Below, piece after piece: positions 38,145 through 51,480 of a DNA stretch of 60,219 nt; the stretch's first letter is position 1; the number at the start of each line of letters is the position of its first letter. The position numbers were made by a program, and so were the translations under genes. Below the pieces are notes generated by a model. It was not told the origin of the DNA. It did no database searches and saw only the letters and a list, made by a program, of their open reading frames with translations. Origin of the DNA: Octopus bimaculoides (taxonomy: Eukaryota). The DNA is taken from contig NC_068985.1 of NCBI RefSeq assembly GCF_001194135.2, forward strand, positions 114,032,228 through 114,092,446, written 5' to 3'.

Positions 38145-38937
38145 ATCTAGACTATATAACAAAAATGACAAAAGCCAATAGGAAGAGTGAACAACAAAAA
38201 GACAAGGAATCAGAACCAATGACTGGGATTGGCAAGGCCTTAACTACCATCACAACAATATTGACGACAACAACAACCACCACCGTAGTCTAGTATATCA
38301 ATAGAGATGCCAATGTTCAGCGTCTGATATCAGAATAAAGCATAATAACATGATTAACATCACTTAATCATGGTGTAGGTAGGTGTGAGAGAGGGTAGCA
38401 GGGTGGTGGAGAAAAACTTAACAGAGAGTGATTGCAGTGAGCTAGATTGGCTATTTGATGTTGGACAAATAGGGATCCTATCGCAGTATAGATTGAATAC
38501 GCCCCTGCTCCATCCTAGAGCTGGGTCTGGCTCTCTCTCTTTGCTTGCACTCCATAAATCACATGGTTTAATAAATAATAATAGAAGCATATGCTAGGGA
38601 CTATTATGTATCCCACGATGTGTACATACGTAAGTGTGTGTAGGTAGGGATTATGAAACAGAAGGCAAAAGGCAAGATAAAATCTAAGCCTATGTGTATA
38701 CATATACACATCCTTTGCTTTCATACACACACGGATACATACACATGTGTGCATACATGTATGTGTTTATGTATATCTGTTTATGTATATATATATATAT
38801 AGCTGTAATAGGGGTGATATATTTATTCATTAAAATTCAATGTCATTCAACTAGATATATTACATGCAAGCACGTGTGCGTGCACAAACGTACACAAAGT
38901 CACACTCACACATGAACCTGTGTGTGTGAGCGTGCAT

Positions 38938-38978
<41 letters not shown>

Positions 38979-39567
38979 CAATCACAATAAATGAAGAGAG
39001 CGAGAGAGCATAAAAAGAGAGGAGGTTTGGGGCAGGTGGAAGAAAACTCCAAACATAAATGTACACGTCATGTGGAGGAAGGGAGGGAGGGAGAGAGAGA
39101 GAGTATTGATACAGCAGAAGAGTACAAAGAATAGGAAGGGGTGAATGAAAAAGAGAGAGAGAGGGGGGGAGTGAGCATATGAGAATGGGGTAGGGACGAA
39201 GAAGAAATTATTAATAAAGAAATTAATCAATGGATTTAACTCAGGAGTGACATATGCTAGTTTATTTGGCAATCCGTTATCACTTATCTTTTTATATATT
39301 TTTCAAACAATAAAAGAAAGGAACGTACATGTTCATTGAACCAAGCAGCAATTTGCAGTTTGAGATTCCTCATTCAATTGTCATTTTAATAGAAGAGTAT
39401 AGACTACTGCTACTTTTAGGCTAGCAAACAGCTTTTCAAATTTGGACATCTATCTATCTATCTATAGTTACCTAAGAACCCATAACTCAGAAAAAATAGA
39501 CACTTGTATATTTGTCATCAAAATATACAATATTATATATGGTATATATTATCTATCTATCTATCTA

Positions 39568-39607
<40 letters not shown>

Positions 39608-39617
39608 NNNNNNNNNN

Positions 39618-39618
39618 A

Positions 39619-39660
<42 letters not shown>

Positions 39661-39840
39661 ACAGAATTATTATGTGTGTATGTTCCTTATGCATTCAAAA
39701 ACTGAGTTGTCAATTTTGACGTATGGGGTATCAAAAGATTCAGGAATCTTTTGGCTACCAAATTAGTTATATCTGTACTATATAATAAAGAAAGCTGCTT
39801 ATAATATATCTACATATATTATATAAAGCCTACCAAATAA
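39618..39840 (+). mobile_element. Possible stacked Helitron-like 5' termini
   Basis: TCTATATA..ATAAAA, TCTGTACTATATAATAAAG and TCTACATATATTATATAAAG starts; no 3' hairpin-CTAG identified. Confidence 0.3.
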
Positions 39841-40855
39841 AGTATGTTTTTGGTACAACAACACCTTTTTACTACTAAAATAACCTCGGAAACAAGGTTG
39901 GGTCACACAATTTCGAGGTCATTTTCGGGCAATATTTCGATTTGCTACTAATGTTTCACTTTTGTCCAATATCGTGGTCCACCTATCACATACTCAGTAC
40001 ACTGGATTTTTCTAGTTAATAAAAGTAAATTGATATTGCAGTTTCCTCAGTATACTGTGGGTTTTGGCAGCTGATAGGTATTTATATTTTTTTAGATTTT
40101 AATTATTTTTGTTGGAGTACCAGGCTACTCTACCATCAAGACAGCCGTCATGACCAACTCTATAAAATTCACATACACATTAAAAAATGTAGAGAAGAAA
40201 AGTAAAAGTTTTTTAATAGCCAAATTAAGAATTCTTACTAGTTGAAATGATTTTCAAAAGTTTTCCATAATCTTTTCGCTGCTTTTAGTTTTTATTGTTT
40301 CTGTGGATTGTTCTTTTTTTTTTTGTGTTTCTAAAATAAAATATTGTCTTACCTGAAACGAGAAAGAAAAAAAGGAGAAAATAAGCATAACAAATCTATA
40401 CTGCAAGCATATAACAACAATAAAGTACAAGTGTAATACAACTTTCAAATTTTGGCATAGGGCCATTATCTTCTGGGAAGGGGTTGGCCCCAGTGCTCAA
40501 CTGGTACTTATTTTATCAAACTCAAAGGGATGAAGGTTGACCTGGGGTATTTGAAATTAGAACATAAAGATTGATGCAATACCACTGAGCATTTTGCCTA
40601 GTGCTGTAAAAATTCTGCCAGCTCAAACAATAAACGGGGGGGGGCAGTGACACGTCATGGCATCTTGGGTATGTATCTTCTACTATAAACTCTGGTCAAC
40701 TAATACCTTGTGATGGAATTTGGTAGATAGCCCTTTGTGCGTGAGTGTGTGTGTATGTGCATGCATGTGTGTGTGTGTGTGTGTGTGTGTGCATGTCAAT
40801 GTGCATGTGTTTATCCCCTACCATCACAAGGGAAAGAAAGAAAGAGGGAGAGAAA

Positions 40856-41220
40856 AAGTACGAGAGAAAGTGCAAGAGAAAGTGTGAGTGTGAGAGAAAG
40901 TGTGAGAGAGAGAGAAAGTGTGAGAGAGAGAGAAAGTGGGAGAGAGAGAGAAAGTGTGAGAGAGAGAAAGAGAGAAAGTGTGAGTGTGAGAGAAAGTGTG
41001 AGAGCGAGAGAAAGTGTGAGAGAAAGAGAAAGTGTGAGAGAGAGAGAAAGTGGGATAGAGAGAGAGAAAGTGAGAGAGAGAGAGAAAGTGTGAATGTGAG
41101 AGAAAGTGAAAGAGAAAGAGAAAGTGAAAGAGAGAGAGAGAGAAAGTGAGAGAGAGAGAGAGAGAGAAAGTGAGAGAGAGAGAGAAAGTGAGAAAAAGAG
41201 AGAAAAGGAGGGGAGAGAGA
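40856..41220. repeat. (GA)n-derived minisatellite with AAAGTG(T) spacers
   Basis: GAGAGAAAGTGT-type units of about 12-18 bp. Confidence 0.85.
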
Positions 41221-42327
41221 GACGTTACAGAAATTTTGTGTAAAAGACAATTTTCAAGTCAACAAACAATCATAGTGTCAAGTATTTTAAGATTAATAAT
41301 TATATTTTATGTATTTTTCTTTCATCCTTTATGCAAAAAATTGACGAATTACCAAAAATATGTGAAGATGAAAATCAAAAGTAAACAAAAATAATTGTCA
41401 GTGATTTATTAGAATTTTTTGTTTTTCAATTTAGACATGGTTTATTATTTTGTTTTACAATTTATCTTCTCTTTGGCTATAGGATATACATGCATACATT
41501 CATACTCAATGTTACACATGTTATAATGTCCATACTTAAACACACACATACACATAAAATCATTATCATTTTAACGTTCACTCTTCTCCATGCTTGCATG
41601 GGATGGACAGAGTCTATTGAGCCACACAGTCAATGGCCAGATGCCTTTCCTGTTGCCAACCCTCAACTGTTTCCTAGCAAGGTAATATTTTCACATGGCC
41701 TCATGTGTGTGTGTCTGTGTATTGAAAAGAGTTATTAATTAGGGATTATCAATACAGGCAAAATACTTCATAAGCTCTTTGTTAACACATCAAGCTAACA
41801 ATATTTTTTACATTAGTAAAGAACCACTTATGTTTGCAGCAGAGTCCGAGGTTATAGTCCATCACCATTCTGTATTGTAGCTGTGTGTGTGTGTGTGTAT
41901 ATATATATAATATCGCACAGTTACCAAGATCACATGGTTGAGAAGCAAGCTTACTAATCACAAAGTCTGGCTTGCACCTATCAATATAATTATTATTATA
42001 TAACATTATGGAAATAAGCAATCACATCATTGAAATCTCAACGCTATGAGATAATGCATGATTAATTCAAAACAATATGAATAAGCGTTACATTAAACAA
42101 TAATCTGAAATGCTAAAGGGCTAAATGATAGTATATGTAACTCCTACTGGATGTGTTGATTGCCTCTTTTTATATTTGTCCACTCACTTTTATCATCATT
42201 ATTTGATATCTGTTTTCCATGCTGGTATGGGTTGGATCGTTTGACCAGAGCTGGTAAGGGCAGGGGCTACAACAACCTCCATTGTCTGTTCTGACATGGT
42301 TTATACACACACACACACACACACAAT

Positions 42328-42900
42328 CAGTATAAACCTAAAAAGAGGCTTAAGAATTGTATAAGGACTCACATGAAGTAACTTAAAATGGATGTAAAAG
42401 GCCATAGAAAATCTTGCTCTAGATCAAGTTGGATAGTGAACAAAAGTGTGGAGTGGAGTGAAAGATTTTGAAGAGGCCAGGATGACCCATGCAAGACTCA
42501 AAAGAAATTTAATATGAAGAATGTTGTGAGAAAGGTGAATCTCGGTGACCTTTTTGTGTGCACAATTCATGACAGATCATGCCTTTGTTTTGTTGGGCTC
42601 AAATCTCATTGGCGGACCAATGGAAAATCCAACCCCCACCACCTACTCTGCCTATATATATATCTGTGCACATCTGTCAATGCTGTGTATGCCATAAGGT
42701 CTGCAAATCTAACGGAGGCCTCAAAAGACATTTTAAGATCCACAATGATCAGAGCTTAACTGCAGCTCAGAAATGCAATCTATGTGGGTGTCTTTTCCAA
42801 ACATTGTTTGATCTAAAAAGCCACATCAGATGCCATGATAGATCTAAGGTGTAGATACAGGAGGTGGTCAAACTCTGCATAAGGAGTAGACAACCAGCAT
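42328..42900 (+). pseudogene. RTE LINE ORF2 C-terminus with three C2H2 zinc fingers, frameshifted
   Basis: KPKKRLKNCIRTHMK*..ENLALDQVG**TKVWSGVKDFEEAR (RTE thumb/C-terminal), then FVCTIHDRSCLCFVGLKSHWRT, CCVCHKVCKSNGGLKRHFKIH and CNLCGCLFQTLFDLKSHIRCH, stop at 42854. Confidence 0.75.
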
Positions 42901-43048
42901 ATATAAAGGTAGGGGCTCAAGTGCACACAAATGCATTAAATATGATCGTACATGCATATATTTCATTCAATGGTAATTTGTGCATCTCTTATTAATAGCA
43001 TATTTGTACTGAGGCATACATGCACACATACACACTTATATATACATA

Positions 43049-43089
<41 letters not shown>

Positions 43090-43610
43090 NNNNNNNNNNN
43101 NNNNNNNNNNNNNNNNNNNNNNNNNNNNNNNNNNNNNNNNNNNNNNNNNNNNNNNNNNNNNNNNNNNNNNNNNNNNNNNNNNNNNNNNNNNNNNNNNNNN
43201 NNNNNNNNNNNNNNNNNNNNNNNNNNNNNNNNNNNNNNNNNNNNNNNNNNNNNNNNNNNNNNNNNNNNNNNNNNNNNNNNNNNNNNNNNNNNNNNNNNNN
43301 NNNNNNNNNNNNNNNNNNNNNNNNNNNNNNNNNNNNAAAAAAAAAAAAAAAAAAAAGAAAAGAAAATTTACCAACAATTTATTTCTTAAATATTTAAAAA
43401 AAAAAGGTCTTCAAACAGAATTTCATTTTTCTTACTAAAAAAAAAAAAAATCTGAGAGACTAAATGAAATGAAAGAAAAAATATCTTTAACCTTTTTAAC
43501 ATTATGGTTATGTAACAGGAATTCCGAAGGAGTAAATCAATTACATCAACCCCAGTGCTTGACTGGTACTGATTTCATCGACTCAAAGAATGAAAAGCAA
43601 AGTCAATCTT

Positions 43611-43846
43611 AATTCTTTACTGCCCACAAGGGGCTAAGCACAGAGGGGACAAACAAGGACAGACAAACGGATTAAGTCAATTATATCAACTCCAGTGCAT
43701 AACTGGTACTTATTTAATCGACCTTGAAAGGACGAACAGCAAAGTCGACCTCGGCGGAATCTGAACTCAGAATGTAGCGGCAGACAAAATACCACAAAGC
43801 ATTTCACCCGGCGTGCTAACGTTTCTACCAGCTCGCCGCCTTACCG
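43611..43846 (-). mobile_element. Full-length SINE family C inserted in an older family C copy
   Basis: 11-bp TSD AAGTCAATCTT at 43600-10 and 43847-57; head TAAGGCGGCGAGCTGG. Confidence 0.85.
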
Positions 43847-46465
43847 AAGTCAATCTTGGCAGAATTTGAATTCAGATTGTAATGATGGACGAAATGCTGC
43901 TAAACATTTTGCTCAATGTGCTCACGATTCTGTCAGTTCACCACCTTATTATACATACATATTAGTGTACTCCTACACACACACACACAGACACGTAAGC
44001 ATAAATATACATTTATGTGAAACGGTAGATCATTTATGGGGAACCTGCAGCCCATGGGACTTACTGAATGGCTTCATGAAGAAAATAACACATGCATATT
44101 TTTATTATTTAGGAGTGTGGCCCATCTATGATACACAATGTCTCATGTTGGAAAAGGTTGCCTATATCTGGTGTAGATACATGAATATATGATGCAACAG
44201 TATCTGATTGTAGTTAATGATCAAGATGCGACTTATAAATATGTGAGTGCATGTGTATGTACATGTAGTTTTGTGCATATGCAGCAACTTGCACATTATA
44301 TATATTCAAAGCATTACTAATGAATGTGAGTACTAATGAAAATATATTCACCTGTACATTGTATTGTAAGCACACATATAGATGCACATCCATAAATACA
44401 GACTTGCTTGAATGTAGAAATACAATCTAAATATATGATGCATAGTTTCACCATCGCTTGATGTCAACACACACACACAAACATACATGCACGCACACAA
44501 ACATACACACACATACACAGAAACCTATATATACTTATATGTAGTCATGTATGTTTGTATGTATGTATGTATGTATGTATCTATCTATCTATCTATCTAT
44601 ACATAAACATACATGATAGATCAACTTATAAGTCCTTGGTTGCCCCAGGTCAATAATAGGAGACATTATACCAAGGTGCCATGCAGTGAGACTGAACACA
44701 AAATCATGAGGTTGGGAATTAAAATTCTTACCACAAAGCCATACCTGCGCCTGCTTCTATTTAATGATTACAGATGTCAATTTTTGCACATATACACTAT
44801 ATATATATATATATATGTGTATTCTAAGTACAGGAGGTGTACAATGAGACTACTAATAAAACTATATTAAGCAATCTATAACTAAAACTCTTATGAGATA
44901 TTAGAAGGATTTACTTTAACAAGAAAGAAAAGTGAACACCATCTCATCTGCCATTTCTTTGTGGTATTTCTGTGTGTATTTGTAGCCAGCTTCACTATAC
45001 CCACCGGTGCCATGCATACATACACATGTTTATACATAACATACATGAATGCCTGCATGTTTCAGTAGATGTCGAGATATTGAGCTCTGCAAGAACTGTC
45101 ACAGCATCTGCTGTACGGTACCTAACCGAACCATTAGTGACTTTTGGAACACTTGATGGATTTTTATGTCATGTATTGATTTTTTTTTTGGGGTGGTGGT
45201 GGCGGTGGTGGTGACGGTGGTGGTGACGGTGGAAGAGGTTGTGATGGTGGTGGTTTTTGTGGAAGAGGTTGTGATGGTGGTGGTGTTAGCAGTAAAGAGA
45301 GATTGTAATGATGATTATTGTAGTGGTGGTAGTAGTTGTGGGGCTTGTTGTAGCTGGTGGTGGTGGTGGTGGTAGTAGTGGTTGTAGTGCTTCTTGTTGT
45401 TGAGGTTGTGGTGGTAGTTGCAGTGATTGTTGATGAGGTTGTTGCTGTGGTGGAGATGGTGCTGATGACAGTGGAGGTTGTGGTGGTGAGGTGAGGGTAC
45501 TGTCTGTAAAGATAGATTGTAATGATCATGTTGGTGGTGATTGAGAAGTAATTGGGTCATCACCTCCTTAACTTTGGTCACATGATACCGAAGCTTTCTT
45601 CATTAATTGCGATAATGCTGTCTGTTTTGTTATTGTTATGTTTCATCTCTAATCTTTAACCGATGATGCTTTTACAAAGTCTCATCTTACTCTATTCCAA
45701 GCCTTACCATCCCAGCACCACACAACCCCCCCCCCCACCACCACCATTGCAACCTGTAAGAATTCAAGAATCATTTGATCCACCCATCATCTTTCATCAT
45801 CATCATCATCGCTGTCATTATCAACACCATCACCACACATGTCTTTAACTTAACATGTGATTCCAGCAAACAACTCCAACAATGTACTCACTTTGTACAT
45901 TCGTCGCTGAAAATAAAAATGGTAATTCTTTTATTTTTTTTTTATTTCAATCTTGTACTGGATGGAATCACAGGAATATAGTTAATGTCAGGATGCTGCC
46001 TTCAAGGGTACAACCAATAATATCAACACTGATACTTGGAGTCGGCTGCAAGTTTTATTGATTTCAGATAGATGAAAAGACAAAACTAACTAACAGAAGA
46101 TTTGAACACAGAACATAGGGAAATGAATGTCACTAAATACCACCAGGTTCAACATTCTACTGATTCTGCCATCCACTCCTGATAATGATGAAGAAATTTG
46201 TCTATATATAGGATGAAGGGCACAGACACATGGGAGAAAGTTCAGTTATTTTCAACTGCTCTTGATACCTACTCTAAGAATAGTACTTATTTTATCCGCC
46301 CTAGTTCCTGGAGATATAAAAAGAATAATGGACTTTGGGGAGATTTAGAAAATTGGCTTAATTTCTGGCAGATTATATGACCACATTGATTTGTCATAGG
46401 GGTACTGGCAACTTTAGGGGTGATTGGTAATGAGGATTGTTGTAACAGTGTTGTTTCAAGTATTG

Positions 46466-46812
46466 TCATGTGGGTAAGAAATTTGCTTCCCAGCTACAGA
46501 ATTTCAAGGTGCCATCCAGTCCTACTGGATGACATCTTGGGCAAGTGTCTTCTGGGACAACCAAAACCTTGTGAGTAAATATGGAAGATAAAAACTGAAA
46601 GAAACCCATCATATATCTTTGTGTTTGATTCCCACCACTTGACAACTAATGTTGGTGTTTACTTCACCATAACTTAGTGTTTCAGCAAAACGAGACTAAT
46701 AGAATAAGTGCCAGACTTGAAAAATAATTACTGGAGTCAATTTGTTTGACTCAAATCTCTTCAAGCTGGTGCTCCAGCATATCCACAGTCCAATGATTGA
46801 AACAAATGAGAG
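46466..46812 (+). mobile_element. SINE family A, near full length, old
   Basis: CATCTTGGGCAAGTGTCTTCT segment and GGTGCTCCAGCAT..CAGTCCAATGATTGAAAC tail. Confidence 0.75.
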
Positions 46813-47941
46813 ATGCCAGCTTAGAAAAAAATACATTGGCTAATATAGTCCAGAGTTCCTTCAGCAGATTACAAAAAAGAAAAAAAAAATTATAGGACAG
46901 TCACAAAAGGAATGTCTTTCATAATGTATCTGCTGAACCAGTGCTGACCTGGGCTAAATAACAAGAACAACAACAGTACTGTAGTAACTACTGTTATTTT
47001 CAACTTGCTTGACACCAGCAATGATATAATCTTGACAATGGAATCAGGCATGTCACCATCATCACCATCATTCTTAACATCATCATCATCACTGTCATCA
47101 TCATCATCTTCATCCTCATCACCATCATCACCACCACAAGTATCACCATTGTCATCATTGTTACAATCATCATCATCATCATCATCATCAAACAGTTGTA
47201 ACCATTGTTTTGATCATCATCATCATAATCACCACCACCACCACCACCACCAACACCAACACTATCATCATTATCATTATTAGCATAACCGCCACTATTC
47301 CCCACCGACATCGGCATCATCATTTGTGAATACTGGTCGGAAATGGATAATTCCGAACACACGGCGTTAAAGGATCACATATAAAGATGTCAGATCAAGT
47401 GCATAAAAGGTCTGGGTAATTGCAGGATTTGCAGCACACCACAAATGAAAAAGAAAGGTGAGGGTCCAAGGGTGTGCGTGTGTGCGTGTGTATGTGATGG
47501 TGGTGGTGGTGGGTATGCTTACAATTCAACTCTGGCCTTAAGTTCCCTTTTCAAAAGAGCCCCAGTAGTTAGAACACCAAACAACAGCTGTCTTCTGTGT
47601 TCCTCTCGTTGATCCAGAATAATGCGGCAGAGCTTTCGCTTTATTCAATATTCCATGCTAGGTCAATCTGGATGAATCAAAGAACATTTGGCAAATTGCA
47701 CCCTTTTAACGTGCATGCAATATTTGGCAAGGAAGTGGGTGGGGAGAGTAGGAAGGGCTAATCATAGAATTGCTGGAGGATATAAATCCAATCATAGGTA
47801 TGTATCTGGTGTAATTTAGATATTGCACATGCAAAAAGAATAAAAAACATAAATAAAAATTCTATCGACATTATACATACGCTTCCACTCAAAACAAGGG
47901 AACTGACCAATTTTTATTCTGCAGCTTAGGTTTGTTTGCAG

Positions 47942-48031
<90 letters not shown>

Positions 48032-48136
48032 ATGTGCAAATAAATAATGTATATGTTGGTGTGTGTGTGTGAATCCATGTATGTTGTCTTATATATATCT
48101 CAGATAGCTAGATAGATAACTAGATGTGTGTGTGCA

Positions 48137-48188
<52 letters not shown>

Positions 48189-49439
48189 TATATATATATA
48201 TAGAGAGAGAGAGAGAGGGAAGAGAGACTGTGTGTGTAAATATATAGAAGGAAACAGCGAGAAAGAATAAGAGATGCATGTGTATGTGTATATACATGGA
48301 AGGAAGCAGTGAAAGAGTAAAGGTTGCATGTGTGTGTATATTATACATACATGCACACGCGCGTGTGCACATACACAGACAAGATTTCTCTCTGTTGCAA
48401 TAAACAATCATATTAACCTAAGAAATATTAACAACCGTGATTCCCATACACATACATGAATACACACACCGATATAGGTGCATACACATACACACAAGAT
48501 TATGCAGCACACACCACAAACACACACGAATACAAACACACACACACATGGTTACAGGCTCACTTTGCTGACACCATTTCCTCATTGCAGAATATATTTC
48601 CAAAAAAGGTAATTGAAACCCCTCAGGCTGTTTCTCTCCCAAGTTTTATTAATACGAAGGAAGAGACCGAAGTTCAATATCCCTACAATACTTGGCCCTT
48701 CATATCTAAGGCTGCGTTGAGATGTGGCAGAGAGAGAGATATCATACCATCATCTGCTATGGTCCATCTTGATATCTTCCCTCAGTCATAGCATAAGGAG
48801 ATTTTAGCCTAGGCAAAATTCCAAGTACAAATGTCTCATCTGAATCTGACAATCCCACCAATCCACTTCACTCAACTACACCCAATATTGTCATCAACAT
48901 TTAATCTTTGTGTTCCATGCAGGCATAGGTTCTTTTTTAGTCACTGAACTGTGGCCATGCTGAAACATAGCCTTGAATGGTTTTAGTGAAACAAATTGAC
49001 CTCAGTAATAATATTTCTTTTGTTTTTGTTTAAAGTCAAGTTCTTATTCTCTAGATCCCTTTTGCTGAATCACTAGATAATGGGGATGTAAACAAAGCAA
49101 CAGCAGCTGTCAAGCAGTAGGGTGGGGTTTAACTAACACAAAGACACACACACACATATACACATACATACACACACACATACATACCCACATACAAATT
49201 CATATATACGCATCAGATGGAATTTGCTGAGGTGGATCTTCTACAACTTAATGCCCTCCCTGTCACCAACCTTCACCGGTTTCCAAGTAAGGACCCATGA
49301 CCATACAGGTTTACACAGAAAATTGGAAACAAAGGACATAATTTGAATGCCAGTAACATTTGTTTACAACTATCATATGAATCAAAGACAAAGTGACAGT
49401 AACACACACATGCATACACACATTATACGTGTGGGTGTG

Positions 49440-49664
49440 AGCTGGCAGAATCGTTAGCACGCCGGGCGGAATGCTTAGCGGTATTTCGTCTGCTGCTACA
49501 TTCTGAGTTCAAATTCTGCTGAGGTTGACTTTGCCTTTCATCCTTTTGGGGTAGATAAATTAAGTACCAGTTACGCACTGGGGGTTGATGTAATCGACTT
49601 AATCCCTTTGTCTGTCCTTGTTTGTCCCCTCTGTGTGTAGCCCCTTGTGGGCAGTAAAGAATTG
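49440..49664 (+). mobile_element. SINE family C, young
   Basis: 16-bp TSD TATA(C/T)GTGTGGGTGTG at 49424-39 and 49665-80; GGGTTCAAATTC-like B box (GAGTTCAAATTC). Confidence 0.85.
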
Positions 49665-49899
49665 TATATGTGTGGGTGTGTGTATGTGTGTGTGTGCATG
49701 CATACAATTGGCATTTTTCGGTTTCTGTCAACTAAATCCACTCACAAGGCTTTGGTTGGCCCACAGCTATAGTAGAAGATTCTTGTCCAAGATGACACAC
49801 AATGGGACGGAACCCAGAAGCATGTGGCTGGAAAGCAAACTTCTTAACCCCATAGCTATGTCAGCATCTATTGTCATTGACGGAAAAAAAAAACAAAAA

Positions 49900-50290
49900 A
49901 ACTTTGCTGTCTCAATTTCAAGTACCTGTTCTCATCTATGATCATAAACGTAAGGTAAAGACTGAAAGAGTACAATTCCAAATACAAGCAACCAAAATGG
50001 AGGTCCTCTGGAGGATTTCTGGAGTAATGTTACTCAACATTGTGCCTAGTCTGGAGGTCAAGAAAGCTCTCCAGTATGAGCCACCACTGAAAAATCATTG
50101 AAAAATCAGCGAAGAATTGCAAGATGGATTCTGTAGGCTGAGCCAACCAACAGGAGACTCAGAGGTAGACCAAGAATGAGATGGTTGGATAATATCCATA
50201 GTTCCCAGTTAGTCACACTTGAAATCCATCTACTTCCATGGCCCTCTCTAGAATATTGAACAGAGAAGACGGATGCCTGGTGAGATTAAG
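49900..50290 (+). pseudogene. RTE LINE (Rex3/Expander-like) ORF2 thumb remnant
   Basis: VPVLIYDHKRKVKTERVQFQIQATKMEVLWRISGV ... ARWIL*AEPTNRRLRGRPRMRWLDNI matches VPTLTYGHE.WVMTER..S.IQA.EM.FLRR..G / R.RGRP..RW.D. Confidence 0.75.
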
Positions 50291-50729
50291 AAGAGGGAGG
50301 AGTACATATGTTCTCTGTACACTGCAAATATATTTCAAGATGTCAGATAGTCAAGTGCACATGTGAATGTCTATAAGTGTACATGTGGACGTCTATAAAT
50401 GTATGAGTGTTTCATAAGAGTGTGCACGTGCGTGTGTGTAAGAAAAGGAAGAGTGAGTTTATTTGCGTAGAAGTATCTCTTATTTGTATGCAATTATGTC
50501 TTATGCATCTCAGTACAAAGATATGCATTCTGTTGATAAGCTGTTTAAGTGCATGTGTGTGAATATAAATATGTGAGACCATATTTATGTATTTATGTGT
50601 GCATATATATATATATATATGTGTGTGTGTGCGTGCGTGTGCAGACATATGCATATATGAAAGAGCATATATTCATGCAGGTATATCTATGCATATATGT
50701 ATTTTAGATTTTTAAACACGATATATATA

Positions 50730-50788
<59 letters not shown>

Positions 50789-51438
50789 NNNNNNNNNNNN
50801 NNNNNNNNNNNNNNNNNNNNNNNNNNNNNNNNNNNNNNNNNNNNNNNNNNNNNNNNNNNNNNNNNNNNNNNNNNNNNNNNNNNNNNNNNNNNNNNNNNNN
50901 NNNNNNNNNNNNNNNNNNNNNNNNNNNNNNNNNNNNNNNNNNNNNNNNNNNNNNNNNNNNNNNNNNNNNNNNNNNNNNNNNNNNNNNNNNNNNNNNNNNN
51001 NNNNNNNNNNNNNNNNNNNNNNNNNNNNNNNNNNNNNNNNNNNNNNNNNNNNNNNNNNNNNNNNNNNNNNNNNNNNNNNNNNNNNNNNNNNNNNNNNNNN
51101 NNNNNNNNNNNNNNNNNNNNNNNNNNNNNNNNNNNNNNNNNNNNNNNNNNNNNNNNNNNNNNNNNNNNNNNNNNNNNNNNNNNNNNNNNNNNNNNNNNNN
51201 NNNNNNNNNNNNNNNNNNNNNNNNNNNNNNNNNNNNNNNNNNNNNNNNNNNNNNNNNNNNNNNNNNNNNNNNNNNNNNNNNNNNNNNNNNNNNNNNNNNN
51301 NNNNNNNNNNNNNNNNNNNNNNNNNNNNNNNNNNNNNNNNNNNNNNNNNNNNNNNNNNNNNNNNNNNNNNNNNNNNNNNNNNNNNNNNNNNNNNNNNNNN
51401 NNNNNNNNNNNNNNNNNNNNNNNNNNNNNNNNNNNNNN

Positions 51439-51480
<42 letters not shown>

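Noticed and set aside
38385-38597. Non-repetitive 70-aa ORF (also 19206-19550, 8599-9066, 48456-48791)
   Set aside because: No recognisable domain; partly antisense to SINEs or simple repeats; no splice support
42579-42854. Stand-alone host C2H2 zinc-finger gene
   Set aside because: Lies in a frameshifted RTE ORF2 C-terminus; the apparent start is in a different frame from the first finger
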